From NCBI GenBank assembly GCA_965209055.1, contig OZ242374.1:4800001-4864000 (forward strand): a stretch of 64,000 nucleotides of DNA, in the 5' to 3' direction. A program made the position numbers and the translations under genes. Shown piece after piece: positions 1 to 9,849 of the stretch. Positions within the stretch are counted from its first letter, which is position 1, and every line of letters begins with the position of its first letter. The notes beneath the pieces are model-generated. The model was not told the origin of the DNA. It ran no database searches and saw only the letters and a program-made list of their open reading frames with translations. The DNA comes from Acidobacteriota bacterium. GTDB taxonomy: Bacteria > Acidobacteriota > UBA6911 > RPQK01 > JAJDTT01.

Positions 1-2876
1 CTGTAGCCGAGCATGTAGCTGATGCCTCGGCTCAGACGCCTTTCCAGCCGCGACTCCAACGCGTGATACCAGGCGTAGTTCTGATTGGTCATGCTCAGGG
101 TCACGTTCCGGAAATGAGGGTACGGCTTGAGCAGATCGCTGCGGCTGATGTTGGCGGTGTTCAATCCCGTCCCCGGGAGGAGTCCGGCGAAGGGGTTGGC
201 AAAAGAAGCGCCCAGCAAGGCGATGTTCGCTTCGTTGCGGTGGCTGAGGGTACTCAGATAGCGGCCCGGAAGGACGTTCAGGTTCCGGGATCCGAATCCA
301 CCCGTCGCCCGGGTTCCCACGTACCCCACTTCCAGCAGCGTGTCCGCCGGCAGCATGTGCTGGACGGTCAGTGACCAGCGCTGGTTGTAGGGGATCTTGA
401 CCGTGTTCTGGTCGAAGAAGCTCACGCTCTGACCCAGGTTCGTGGCCAGACCCATGCTGTTTCCGATGGGCTCCTTGAGTCCGGTGGGGAAAGGGTCTTC
501 GAAGGTGGCAATGTAGGTGACGCCATTATCGAAGCTGGGAACCAGGTCGGTCGACTGACTGAAACCCGTGAGAATGGGCCGGAACCGGTTTCCGAAGATG
601 CCCACCGGCTCATGAAACATCCCGTAGCCCCCGCGCAACACCGTGTCCTCGCCGAAGCGGTAGGCGAAACCAATGCGGGGAGCGAAGAGGTTGGAGGGCA
701 CATCCCATAGTTCTCGTCGGATTCCGCCGACGCCGGCATAGGTGATCCCTCCTTTGACCTGAAAATCGCCGGGAGAGATCTCCGGAATGGGATTGGCCAT
801 ATACGCCGCCGTCGCCGCGGCCGCGATGGGGCTGTCGGCTCCGAAGTCGAAGGTGCTCACGCTCCGGTCGAAACGCTCGGTGACCGGAGCGAAGTACTCC
901 CAGCGAAGCCCGATGTTGACGGTCAGTTCGGGAGTCACTCGCCAGTTGTCCTGAATAAAGACGCCGTAGTAGTTGGTGTGGGCCGCGAAGTTGGCGTTCC
1001 GGTTGATGAATCCGCTGGAGGGTTGCCCCAGCAGGAAGGCGGCGAAACCCTGACCCTGCGCGCAGGGCGAGGTGTTCAGCGGCCCGTTGGTGAAATCGCA
1101 GCCGAAGCGGAAGACCGGATTGGCCCAGGTAAAGCTGGCCTGGTTGGTCAGGCTGCTGCGGAACTCCATACCCAACTTGACGTTGTGATTGCCCCGGTTG
1201 AGGTCGGTGGAGGTCTCCGCGGTGTGGACCATGGTGCGGTAGAGCGCGTTGCGGGTCTCGTCGTGGATACCGCTGAAGCCCTGGATCTGGATGTGGGGCA
1301 GCGCCGTCTCGGCCGGGTCCAATTGACTCAGCATGTTCTCCGAGAAGGGGAGGGTGGCCAGGTCGAAGAACCCGTCCGGGTGGTTCGTCTTCTTCATGCT
1401 CTTGGCGTAAGCCGGATACCCTCCGCGGTTGAAGCTGTAGCGGAAATTGAGGATGGTCGTGGGACTCACGGTCCAGACGTCGTCCAAGCCGAAGTTCCAC
1501 CGTTCGATCGCCTGCCAGAAGCCGGTGGCCAGGTTGCCGTAATAGTCCCGCCATTCACCCGACCAGTCTCCCAGGAGCGCGTAGTTCCCGAAGAGCCGGT
1601 TGCTGGGGCTGAAGGTGTGGTCCACCCGGGCGAAGTACTGGGTCCACCCGGTGGGGGAGGGAGTCACGGGCTGAAAGTTCCGGGTCCCGTCGGCTCCCCC
1701 GGTCACATTGGGCGCAGGCCAGAATTCCAGGAGTTTTTGAGAGATGGGGTGAATCTTGCTGGAGGGAATGATGTTGTTGGGAATGGGCTGCCTGGAAAAA
1801 AATCCGTCCCCCGTGGGTTGGATGGTGCCGGGGTCGTAAATCTGGTATTCGGGGCCGGCGGCCAGCAGCGCCGAAAGGTCTCCCTGCAACATGGCGGGGG
1901 TGGGCACGGTGCGGGTCCCGTAGAACTCGGTCGTCTCCTGGAAGGTGCTCTCGAAGGTGAAGGCAAAGAAGGTCTTGTCCTTGAAGACGGGCCCGTTGAC
2001 CCCGCCGCCGTAACGCCGGTAGAAGGAGGGCACCTTGTCGGCGCCGGCGCGGTTGTCGAAGAAGGCGGCGGCGTTCCAGTCGCTGTCGCGCCAGAATCCG
2101 TAGACCGACCCGTGCCACTGGTTGCTGCCCGACTTCATGGTGACGTCCATGGTGGTTCCCGAGTGGTGCCCCTTGGTGGCGTCGTAGTCGTGGGAGATCT
2201 TCATCTCCTGGACCGCCTCCGTAGAGGGCTGGACCTGGGCCTGCTGGCTGCCGCCGACGGCGTTCCCCACGTTGTTGATGCCGTTGAGGGTGAAACCGAT
2301 GGCGTTTCCGCGCGTGCCGTGGAAATAGAAGCCGGTGGCGATGGACCACCCCGGCTCGTCCCACTTCCAGCCGCCGCCCGGAGGACTCGACGCGCCGGGC
2401 GCCAGGATCAGCAGGTGGCTCGGATTTCCTTGGGCCAACGGCAGGGTCTCGATCCGCTCGTTGTCGATGAGGTTGCTCAGCGTGGCGTTGCTGCTCTGAA
2501 GCAACGGCGCCTGGGCCTGGACCGTCACCTCTTCCGTGACCTCGCCGACCTCCAGCGTGAAGTCCAGGAGCAGAGCATCGCCCGTCCTCAATTGGACCGT
2601 CTGCTTGATGGTCTTGAACCCGGGGAGAGACACGGTCAATTCGTATTCGCCCGGCTCCACGTAGTTGACCCGGTAGGTGCCGGTGTCGTTGCTGACGGTG
2701 GAAAGATCCACTCCGGTGGCGACGTTGGTCGCCGTCACCGCCACGCCCGGGATGACGCCGCCGGTGTCGTCCACCACGCGGCCGCCGATGGAGCCGCGGG
2801 TTCTCTGGGCCCAGACGGGACTCCAGGCCAACAGGACGACCAGCAGAAAAAGGACCAGGCCCTTCCGCTCGTTCAT
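1..2876 (-). CDS. Oar-like TonB-dependent receptor with N-terminal carboxypeptidase-regulatory-like domain (3' end runs off the window)
   Basis: Not in the ORF track. Manual translation from ATG 2876 (SD-like AGAGGGG upstream): MNERKGLVLFLLVVLLAWSPVWAQRTRGSIGGRVVDDTGGVIPGVAVTATNVATG...LEVGEVTEEVTVQAQAPLLQS...QPSTEAVQEMKI...TMKSGSNQWHGS...YGGGVNGPVFKDKTFF. Signal peptide plus the typical acidobacterial TBDR pattern. Confidence 0.9.
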   Translation of the reverse strand, partial: MNERKGLVLFLLVVLLAWSPVWAQRTRGSIGGRVVDDTGGVIPGVAVTATNVATGVDLSTVSNDTGTYRVNYVEPGEYELTVSLPGFKTIKQTVQLRTGDALLLDFTLEVGEVTEEVTVQAQAPLLQSSNATLSNLIDNERIETLPLAQGNPSHLLILAPGASSPPGGGWKWDEPGWSIATGFYFHGTRGNAIGFTLNGINNVGNAVGGSQQAQVQPSTEAVQEMKISHDYDATKGHHSGTTMDVTMKSGSNQWHGSVYGFWRDSDWNAAAFFDNRAGADKVPSFYRRYGGGVNGPVFKDKTFFAFTFESTFQETTEFYGTRTVPTPAMLQGDLSALLAAGPEYQIYDPGTIQPTGDGFFSRQPIPNNIIPSSKIHPISQKLLEFWPAPNVTGGADGTRNFQPVTPSPTGWTQYFARVDHTFSPSNRLFGNYALLGDWSGEWRDYYGNLATGFWQAIERWNFGLDDVWTVSPTTILNFRYSFNRGGYPAYAKSMKKTNHPDGFFDLATLPFSENMLSQLDPAETALPHIQIQGFSGIHDETRNALYRTMVHTAETSTDLNRGNHNVKLGMEFRSSLTNQASFTWANPVFRFGCDFTNGPLNTSPCAQGQGFAAFLLGQPSSGFINRNANFAAHTNYYGVFIQDNWRVTPELTVNIGLRWEYFAPVTERFDRSVSTFDFGADSPIAAAATAAYMANPIPEISPGDFQVKGGITYAGVGGIRRELWDVPSNLFAPRIGFAYRFGEDTVLRGGYGMFHEPVGIFGNRFRPILTGFSQSTDLVPSFDNGVTYIATFEDPFPTGLKEPIGNSMGLATNLGQSVSFFDQNTVKIPYNQRWSLTVQHMLPADTLLEVGYVGTRATGGFGSRNLNVLPGRYLSTLSHRNEANIALLGASFANPFAGLLPGTGLNTANISRSDLLKPYPHFRNVTLSMTNQNYAWYHALESRLERRLSRGISYMLGY

Positions 2877-3028
2877 GATTTCCCCTCTCTAAAGGACTGT
2901 CAGGCAAGAAGTTATGGGGTAATTTACCACCATTGATAGCAGCTCTCGGGAAAGGAGTCAAATCACGGGGCCCGACGCGTCTCCCCGTTCCGGTCCGATG
3001 GTTGGCGCCACGTTGTAGAGTAGGTGAG

Positions 3029-4111
3029 ATGCGGACAAGCCTGGGTTTGCGGGTTCTGGGAACGCTTCTGCTGGCCGTCGCCGGCTTCAAATCACTGGAC
3101 TGGGCCTTTGTCGAGCTCAACGCCCGCAAGGTCGTCCTTCCCCAGTTCGACGTCCGGTTGATTCCGACCCACGATCCGCGGGTCACGAAACGGCTGGCCA
3201 GTATCCTGAGATATGAGCGGCCGCCGCAAATCATCTTTACGGGAGACTCCCGGACCAAGTGCGGATTCGACCCGGAAGTGATCGGCCGCACCCTGGGAGT
3301 CCCGCCCGAGACCTTCTTCAACTTCGGGACCGGCTCCCAGACGGTCCGCTTCACGAGGCAGGTGTTCCTGCCCGAGTTACTCCTGGGCAACGGCATCCGG
3401 ACCGGGACGCTGGTGTTCGGCGTCAGTCCCGACTGGCTCCTGACCACGGACAAGTCCACACGATTGACCCGCCTCTACCGGGATTCGCTGCACTACCGGA
3501 TGAAACATTCCGAATCGGGTGCGGAAGATCCGATCGGAACCGCGGTCTCCAATTTCCTGGCCCGTCATCTGGCCCTCTACCGCTACCGCTCCGACCTCAT
3601 CCATCAGGAGGTGATCCCGGACCTGAAGTGCTGGTTTCTGGGAGATTGCTACGTCGCTCCCTACGTGGACGCCTCCATGACCTTCCGGGAGGCGGAACGG
3701 GTGGCCGGCCTGCAGACCCGGTACGGGTGGCACAGCGATCAGTGGGCCCTGCTGACCAGCGGCGAGTACCGGAGCGAGGGGCAACGGCCCCGCTTCACCG
3801 AAGAGAATGCCGTCGATCTGGAAAATCTTTCAGTGCTGATCGACGAGGTCAGAGACGCGCGCATCACTCCCGTCTTCCTGATCATGCCCCTGCACCCTTC
3901 GTTCCTCCGGGTCCACGAACCGGCGGCCTCCCGAAACCAGCGCCTGTTGGAATCTCTGGCCGGAGAGAAAGGGGTCGGCGTCCTCTACCCTCGCCGGGAC
4001 TACTCGGACCCCCGTCTCTTCACCGACGGTCACCACCTCTCCCCTGCCGGCGCCGCCTGGTTCAGCTCCGACATCGCCCCCCGGCTCCGGCCGTACCTGT
4101 CCGGCTGTTGA
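3029..4111 (+). CDS. Membrane-anchored SGNH/GDSL-fold protein (DltD/AlgJ/DUF1574-like)
   Basis: N-terminal hydrophobic anchor, FTGDSR (block I Ser) and C-terminal FTDGHHL (DxxH). Start moved to ATG 3029. Confidence 0.6.
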   Translation: MRTSLGLRVLGTLLLAVAGFKSLDWAFVELNARKVVLPQFDVRLIPTHDPRVTKRLASILRYERPPQIIFTGDSRTKCGFDPEVIGRTLGVPPETFFNFGTGSQTVRFTRQVFLPELLLGNGIRTGTLVFGVSPDWLLTTDKSTRLTRLYRDSLHYRMKHSESGAEDPIGTAVSNFLARHLALYRYRSDLIHQEVIPDLKCWFLGDCYVAPYVDASMTFREAERVAGLQTRYGWHSDQWALLTSGEYRSEGQRPRFTEENAVDLENLSVLIDEVRDARITPVFLIMPLHPSFLRVHEPAASRNQRLLESLAGEKGVGVLYPRRDYSDPRLFTDGHHLSPAGAAWFSSDIAPRLRPYLSGC

Positions 4112-4323
4112 GTTTCGCTGCCGCAACACAAAATCATCCGACTCTTGGCGCCCTGCCGATTCGAGTCCGTAGACTCTGCTATCTTAAAGATTCGTCGCGG
4201 TTATCTTTACGGACCCTTGATGTGGGCGCCGGCGAAGGACGAGGGGAGAATCGTGATCAACCGCCGCAAGTCGACGTGTGCCTCTCGGCCGGGCGTGAGA
4301 ACGGTCAGGAGAGGTTCGGCGAA

Positions 4324-5292
4324 ATGAAGCTGGTCGTCACCGGGAGCAACGGCTTCATCGGCCAGAACACCTGCCGGAGGCTCATCGACGTGGGCCACCA
4401 GGTCATCGGCGTCGACGACCTCTCCGAGGGTTCGTCCAGGCGCCCGGTGAATGGCGTCCGGTATCACGTCCGATGCGTCACCGACACGGAGTGGCTCCGC
4501 CGCCTGTTTCGGGAAATCCGTCCCTCTGCAGTGATCCATCTGGCTGCCGTGCCACGGGTCTCCTATTCGGTCCAGGAGCCTCTGCGGAGTGCGACGCCCA
4601 ATCTGACCGGGACCATCTCGGTGCTGAACGCCATGCTCAAAGCGGGTCTCGTGGGAGAGAGCCGGCTGGTCTTCGCCAGCAGCAGCTCGGTGTACGGCGG
4701 CGCCGACACCCTGCCCACTCCCGAGACGCATCCCTGCAACCCACAGTCGCCGTACGCTCTGACCAAGCTGCAGGGCGAACAATGGTGCCGGATGTTTCAT
4801 CGCCTCTACGGCCTGGACGTGGTGAGCCTGCGCTACTTCAACGTCTTCGGACCCGGAGCCCGTTTCGGCGGCGCCTATTCCACCGTGTTGCCGGCGTGGC
4901 TCCATCACCTGTACGTGGATCCTTCGTACCAGCCCTATCTGGAAGGGGACGGCACGCAGACGCGGGACTTCTGCTTCATCGACAATGTGGTGCAGGCCAA
5001 CGTCGCCGCGGCGGTTCGCAACCACGGTTTTTCGGCTGAAGTCTTGAACATCGGGCAGGGACAGGCCCACTCCCTGATCCAACTCCAGCAGGCCCTGGAG
5101 CAGATCAGCGGCAGAAAGCTTCCGCTGGAACGCCGGCCTCCCCGCACCGCCGACGTGGCTCACACTCAAGCGGACATCTCCCAGGCCCGGGCCGAGCTGG
5201 ACTTCAATCCCACCATCGACTTCCGTGACGAACTCTCCCGGACGGCGGCCTGGTACCGGGAACGCCGGCCGGCGCCGGCCGGGAACGCCTGA
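4324..5292 (+). CDS. NAD-dependent nucleotide-sugar epimerase/dehydratase
   Basis: VTGSNGFIG, HLAA, ASSSSVYG, SPYALTK (YxxxK), LRYFNVFGP, GDGTQTRDF. Real start ATG 4324 inside ORF 3259..5292. Confidence 0.93.
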   Translation: MKLVVTGSNGFIGQNTCRRLIDVGHQVIGVDDLSEGSSRRPVNGVRYHVRCVTDTEWLRRLFREIRPSAVIHLAAVPRVSYSVQEPLRSATPNLTGTISVLNAMLKAGLVGESRLVFASSSSVYGGADTLPTPETHPCNPQSPYALTKLQGEQWCRMFHRLYGLDVVSLRYFNVFGPGARFGGAYSTVLPAWLHHLYVDPSYQPYLEGDGTQTRDFCFIDNVVQANVAAAVRNHGFSAEVLNIGQGQAHSLIQLQQALEQISGRKLPLERRPPRTADVAHTQADISQARAELDFNPTIDFRDELSRTAAWYRERRPAPAGNA

Positions 5293-5348
5293 CGCGCTGC
5301 CATGGCCCGCGGCGCCGTCACTCAGCGAAATCGGTCAGACTTCAGTTC

Positions 5349-6728
5349 ATGATCGAATGGTTCCGACATCTCGGCGCTTCGCTCTCCCGCTTCACCGAAC
5401 GCTGGGTGCCCGATTCATGGGTCATCTGCATGTTTCTGACGGCCGCGGCCCTGCTGCTGGCGGTGGCCGGAGCCGGTGTGGGCGTGGAGGCGGCGGTCCT
5501 GGCCTGGGGGACGGGCATGTGGACCCTGCTGGAGCTGGCGATGCAATTCGCCATCGCCATGGTGGCCTCCCACGCCTGCGTGTCGTCGCGGCCGGCCTAC
5601 CGTCTGCTGGACCGCATCGCCCGGATTCCGGATCCCGCGCGGCCGCTTCAGGCCGTGTTCCTTGCGGGCCTTTTCTCACTGGTCACCGGTTATCTCAACT
5701 GGGCCTTCTGCATTGTCGCCGGGGCCCTCTTCATTCCCTTCCTCTGCCGTCACAATCCCAACGCGGACGTCCGGATTCTCGTCGTCGGCGCCTACCTGGG
5801 AATGGGGACGGTGTGGCACTGCGGACTGTCCGCTTCGGCGCCCCTCATCATGGCCACGCCGGGAAACCCGCTCCTGGAACCGGCCGCGGGCCAGCCGGTC
5901 GTCGATCGCCTGTTTCCAGTCACCCAGACCCTGTTCAACCCCTTCAACCTGGTCTACATGTTCGGCATTGCCACCGTCGGCCTGGCGACACTCCTGCTGC
6001 TGCATCCCAAGCGAGGGCGGGTCACGCTCACCCGCGAACGGGTGGAGGCCATCCTGCCGCAGCCTCCCCTGCTTCCGGAAAGGATCTCGACGCCGGCGGG
6101 GACTCTGGAACGTTTCAGGGGTTGGATCGCGCTGGCGGTCGTCCTGATCCTCTATCCCCTGGGCCATACGATCGTGACCCGCGGATTCGGGACGGCTTGG
6201 ACCATCAACGGCTACAACATGCTCTTTCTGGGAGCGGCCCTGCTGCTGCACGGCCGTCCCGATTCGTTCGTCCAGGCCTGCCGCAAGGGCGCCGGCGCAA
6301 CCTGGGGCATCATCCTGCAGTTCCCGTTCTATGCCGGCATCTTCGGAGTGATGAACAACACCACGCTGGGCGCCTGGCTGGGCGACTTGTTCGCCAGGCT
6401 GGCCAGCGCCGACACCTATCCCATCGTGATCTATGTCTACTCCGGCTTCATGAATCTCTTCGTCCCCTCGGGAGGTTCCAAGTGGATGATCGAGGCCCCA
6501 TTCCTCATTCCCGCCGGCGAGGAGCTAGGCGTGTCCGTGACCACGATTCTGCTGTCGTATTCCTACGGCGACACCACGACGAACCTGATCCAGCCCTTCT
6601 GGGCCATCCCGATCCTGTCGCTGATGCGGATGCGTTTCGGGGACGTTGTGGGGTATTCCTCGCTGGTGGGCCTGGTTTGTTTCTGCTTCAGCCTTATCGC
6701 CATGCTTCTGATCCCCATCCGGCTCTAG
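5349..6728 (+). CDS. atoE: Short-chain fatty acid transporter (AtoE family)
   Basis: Polytopic membrane protein with ERWVPD, GLSASAPL, GIILQFPFYAGIFG, NLFVPSGGSKW, YGDTTTNLIQPFWAIP. Confidence 0.88.
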   Translation: MIEWFRHLGASLSRFTERWVPDSWVICMFLTAAALLLAVAGAGVGVEAAVLAWGTGMWTLLELAMQFAIAMVASHACVSSRPAYRLLDRIARIPDPARPLQAVFLAGLFSLVTGYLNWAFCIVAGALFIPFLCRHNPNADVRILVVGAYLGMGTVWHCGLSASAPLIMATPGNPLLEPAAGQPVVDRLFPVTQTLFNPFNLVYMFGIATVGLATLLLLHPKRGRVTLTRERVEAILPQPPLLPERISTPAGTLERFRGWIALAVVLILYPLGHTIVTRGFGTAWTINGYNMLFLGAALLLHGRPDSFVQACRKGAGATWGIILQFPFYAGIFGVMNNTTLGAWLGDLFARLASADTYPIVIYVYSGFMNLFVPSGGSKWMIEAPFLIPAGEELGVSVTTILLSYSYGDTTTNLIQPFWAIPILSLMRMRFGDVVGYSSLVGLVCFCFSLIAMLLIPIRL

Positions 6729-6896
6729 GGAAGCGGCGGTTTCCTGTCGCCAGGACCGGCGGTTTTCCTACCGCCGGTTGGGGGGTAGGGGGGACGGCAG
6801 TCCCTCCTCTACGATTTCCGGACTCTACCCTTTCCAGCCGCCGAATCGCACAGAAACCAAGAAGAAGAACACGGGGGACAAGACTGTCCCCCCTCC
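6729..6896. repeat. REP cluster / REPIN-like: four short GC-rich hairpins
   Basis: GGAAGCGGCGGTTTCCTGTCGCC (~6729-6751), GGACCGGCGGTTTTCCTACCGCCGG (~6753-6777), GTAG..GGGAC-GGCA-GTCCC..CTAC (~6785-6812) and GGGGGACAAGACTGTCCCCCCTCC (6873-6896). Same family as the copies at 10697 and 54150-54266. Confidence 0.7.
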
Positions 6897-6974
6897 TGTC
6901 GTTGACCGGCACCCGCGTCCACGAATAGACTCGACCTGTACAGATCATTCCATGGCCTCACCAGGAAACGGCCG

Positions 6975-8435
6975 GTGAATTTTAATCTAACGCTTCATCC
7001 GCAGTGGACGCGGCGGCATTTCTTCTCCCGTACTACCCTCGGTGTGGGAACGGCGGCGCTGGCCACCCTGCTCCGCCCAGGACTGGCGGCCGGCTCCGGG
7101 GACACCGGCTCGGGGCAACGGGGACTGCCCGGCCTGCCCCACTTCGCTCCCCGCGCCAAGCGCGCGATCTTTCTCTTCCAGTCGGGCGGACCCTCCCAGT
7201 TGGACCTCTTCGACTACAAACCGGGACTCCACGAGTTGAGAGGCACCGAGCTGCCCGCGTCCATCCGGATGGGACAGCGCATCACCGGAATGACGTCTCA
7301 GCAGGCTCAGCTCCCGGTGGTCCCCTCCCTTTTCCGGTTCGCCCAACACGGCCAATCCGGGACCTGGGTCAGCGAGCTGCTGCCTCACACGGCCCGAGTC
7401 GTGGATGACCTGCTGGTGGTGAAGACGGTCCATACCGAAGCCATCAACCATGATCCGGCCATGACCTTCATTCAGACCGGGAGCCAGCAGCCGGGCCGGC
7501 CCAGCATGGGCGCCTGGCTGAGCTACGGACTGGGCAGCGAGAACGAAAGCCTGCCCAGTTTCGTGGTCCTGGTCTCCAAGGGGGAGAACCGGGCCATGCA
7601 GCCCATCATGTCCCGGATGTGGGGAAGCGCTTTCCTCCCCTCCAGCCACCAGGGCGTCAAGTTTCGGGGCGGCGGCGATCCGGTGCTCTATCTCTCCAAC
7701 CCTCCGGGGATCAACCCGGCAACCCGGCGCCGGATGATGGACGGTATCGGAGAGCTGAACCGAATCCGGATGGATTCCCTGGGCGATCCCGAGATCGCCG
7801 CCCGGATCTCCCAGTACGAAATGGCCTTTCGGATGCAGGCCTCGGTCCCCGAGTTGACCGACCTTTCCCAGGAACCGGAGCGCACCTTCGATCTCTACGG
7901 TCCCGACTCCCGGACACCCGGGACCTATGCCGCCAACTGCCTGCTGGCCCGCCGCCTCAGCGAGAAGGGGGTGAGCTTCGTGCAACTCTTCCACCGGGGA
8001 TGGGATCAGCATCTCGACCTCCCCAGCGCCATCCGGGAGCAGTGCGCCGCCACCGATCAGGCCAGCGCCGCGCTGGTCACGGACCTGAAGCAACGGGGAC
8101 TGCTGGAGGAGACCCTGGTGATCTGGGGCGGCGAGTTCGGAAGGACGGTCTACTGCCAAGGCCAGCTCACCGAGGACAACTACGGCCGCGACCATCACCC
8201 CCGGTGCTTCACCATGTGGATGGCCGGCGGCGGCATGAAGGCCGGCGCCGTCTACGGGGAGACCGACGACTTCGGCTACAACGTGGCCCGGGACCCGGTG
8301 CACGTCCACGACTTCCAGGCCACCGTTCTCCATGCATTGGGCATCGACCACACCCGGCTCACCTTCAAGTTCCAGGGCCGGCACCACCGGCTGACCGACA
8401 TTCACGGAAGGGTGGTGGAGGACTTCCTGGCCTGA
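6975..8435 (+). CDS. DUF1501 family protein (Tat-like signal)
   Basis: TRRHFF twin-arginine, [50 protein letters not shown]. Confidence 0.92.
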   Translation: MNFNLTLHPQWTRRHFFSRTTLGVGTAALATLLRPGLAAGSGDTGSGQRGLPGLPHFAPRAKRAIFLFQSGGPSQLDLFDYKPGLHELRGTELPASIRMGQRITGMTSQQAQLPVVPSLFRFAQHGQSGTWVSELLPHTARVVDDLLVVKTVHTEAINHDPAMTFIQTGSQQPGRPSMGAWLSYGLGSENESLPSFVVLVSKGENRAMQPIMSRMWGSAFLPSSHQGVKFRGGGDPVLYLSNPPGINPATRRRMMDGIGELNRIRMDSLGDPEIAARISQYEMAFRMQASVPELTDLSQEPERTFDLYGPDSRTPGTYAANCLLARRLSEKGVSFVQLFHRGWDQHLDLPSAIREQCAATDQASAALVTDLKQRGLLEETLVIWGGEFGRTVYCQGQLTEDNYGRDHHPRCFTMWMAGGGMKAGAVYGETDDFGYNVARDPVHVHDFQATVLHALGIDHTRLTFKFQGRHHRLTDIHGRVVEDFLA

Positions 8436-8499
8436 ATCAGGCGACGAGCCCGGGTGAGCAGGGTCCCCCTGCCGGCAGCTCGCCGGCTTCCCGGTTTGC

Positions 8500-9621
8500 C
8501 TACGAACGCGGCCGACCCGACGCCGTGTAGTCCCCGGGTCGCCACGTGGCCACGCGCATCTCGTAGTGGAAGTCTTCCGAGACCTGCGTGTAGTAGGCGG
8601 TGACGGCGCGGCCGTCGGAGAGCTGGACTGTGCTGGGATACCCGCAGTCGCGCCGGGGACAATCCGCGACGCGAATGGGCGGGCTCCAGGTCTTTCCGTG
8701 GTCCTCGCTGAGCCGGACGTCCACGCCGAAGTTGTTCCAACAGCGGTTCCCGTAGCTGAGGAGAACGCGTCCGTCTGAGAGAACGGCCAGGTTGCCCGTC
8801 ACCTGCATGGGCAGACTCAGCGGCATCTCTCGCTGCCAGGTGCGCGCGTCGTCGCTGGAGACGAACAGTTCCAAATGAACGTCGCGGCTCTCCTTGAATT
8901 CTCGTGACGCGGCCAACCAGCGCCCTCCCCCCAGATGCATAATGTCAGTCTCGTTCCCCACGGGATTCAAGGGCACGTGTTCGCCCCAGGACCAACCGTC
9001 GTCGCGGCTGCGAAGCAGGTAGGACTCACGCAGGTTGTCCCGCCGGAGGTAGACCGCCGCGCACAGAGATCCGTCGTCCGCGATGCGAATATTGCCGAAC
9101 GGGATGAACTCATTGTCCCGGCCGGCCGGCGAGTCCGGTGGTGCGGGAAAGTCGCGGCTCACCTCCCAGGTCCGGCCTCCGTCGGAGGAGCGGCAAACCC
9201 AGGCTCGAACGACTCGCCGGTGAGGCCCGCTGAGGACTCCCTGGGGTGCCCGGTCCGCCCATCCGCTGCAAAGAACGACCAGATCGCCGTTGGCGGCGAA
9301 CCCGGCGGCGCAGTTCATCCGGGCCGTGGTCGGCTCATGCTCGGCAGGCCGGCTGCGAAAGCGCCAGGTGCGGCCGTCATCCTCGCTGGCCCAACAGTCC
9401 AGGTCCCCCTCCCAGAGCCCATGGCAGGGCTGGTTGTAGATGAAAGCCACCAGGGTTCCGTCTTCCAGCCGCTTCAGGTTGGGCCAGGCGCAGACCTTCT
9501 GGATAGCCGTCCGCACTCGACTGACGGACGGTCCCCCGTCGGTATGTGCGGAAAGGCGAGGAGTCAGCGCCGGCAGGACCAGAGAAGCCGCACCGGCTTG
9601 AAGCGCTTCCCGTCGATTCAT
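8500..9621 (-). CDS. Tat-exported BNR/Asp-box beta-propeller protein (sialidase-like)
   Basis: MNRREALQ signal and five Asp-boxes (SEDDGRTW, SSDGGRTW, SRDDGWSW, SSDDARTW, SEDHGKTW), with DCGYPS near the C-terminus. Confidence 0.85.
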   Translation of the reverse strand: MNRREALQAGAASLVLPALTPRLSAHTDGGPSVSRVRTAIQKVCAWPNLKRLEDGTLVAFIYNQPCHGLWEGDLDCWASEDDGRTWRFRSRPAEHEPTTARMNCAAGFAANGDLVVLCSGWADRAPQGVLSGPHRRVVRAWVCRSSDGGRTWEVSRDFPAPPDSPAGRDNEFIPFGNIRIADDGSLCAAVYLRRDNLRESYLLRSRDDGWSWGEHVPLNPVGNETDIMHLGGGRWLAASREFKESRDVHLELFVSSDDARTWQREMPLSLPMQVTGNLAVLSDGRVLLSYGNRCWNNFGVDVRLSEDHGKTWSPPIRVADCPRRDCGYPSTVQLSDGRAVTAYYTQVSEDFHYEMRVATWRPGDYTASGRPRS

Positions 9622-9772
9622 GGAGTCCTCTCCCGATTGGATTACGTACCGTTGTGGAACGCGTCAGTATAGCAGTCATCGGAGATCGCCTTACTTCACG
9701 GCCAGCCCGGGGCAGCCACGGGAAAAAGGTGTGCGCCCGGACATGGGGTAGGTCTACAGGATTCCACGAGAC

Positions 9773-9793
9773 ATGACTTCGCAACGAAGTCAT
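9773..9793. promoter_or_regulatory. Perfect palindrome, putative operator
   Basis: ATGACTTCG-CAA-CGAAGTCAT overlapping a CATAAT -10-like hexamer (9791-9796), 56 bp upstream of the aldolase gene. Confidence 0.55.
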
Positions 9794-9849
9794 AATCCGT
9801 CTGAACCGAACACGACCGGGACGACGGTGAGACCAACTTCGGAGGACCC

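Noticed and set aside
978-2936. Long plus-strand ORF (652 aa) and minus-strand ORFs 610..1554 and 1555..3459
   Set aside because: Antisense or off-frame shadows of the TonB receptor gene, which the track missed because it has no stop in the window.
3259-4323. Apparent N-terminal fusions in ORFs 3259..5292, 39734..40645, 42223..44100, 49391..51373, 54141..55580 and 62188..63567
   Set aside because: The extensions overlap other real genes or repeats; family-typical starts lie downstream.
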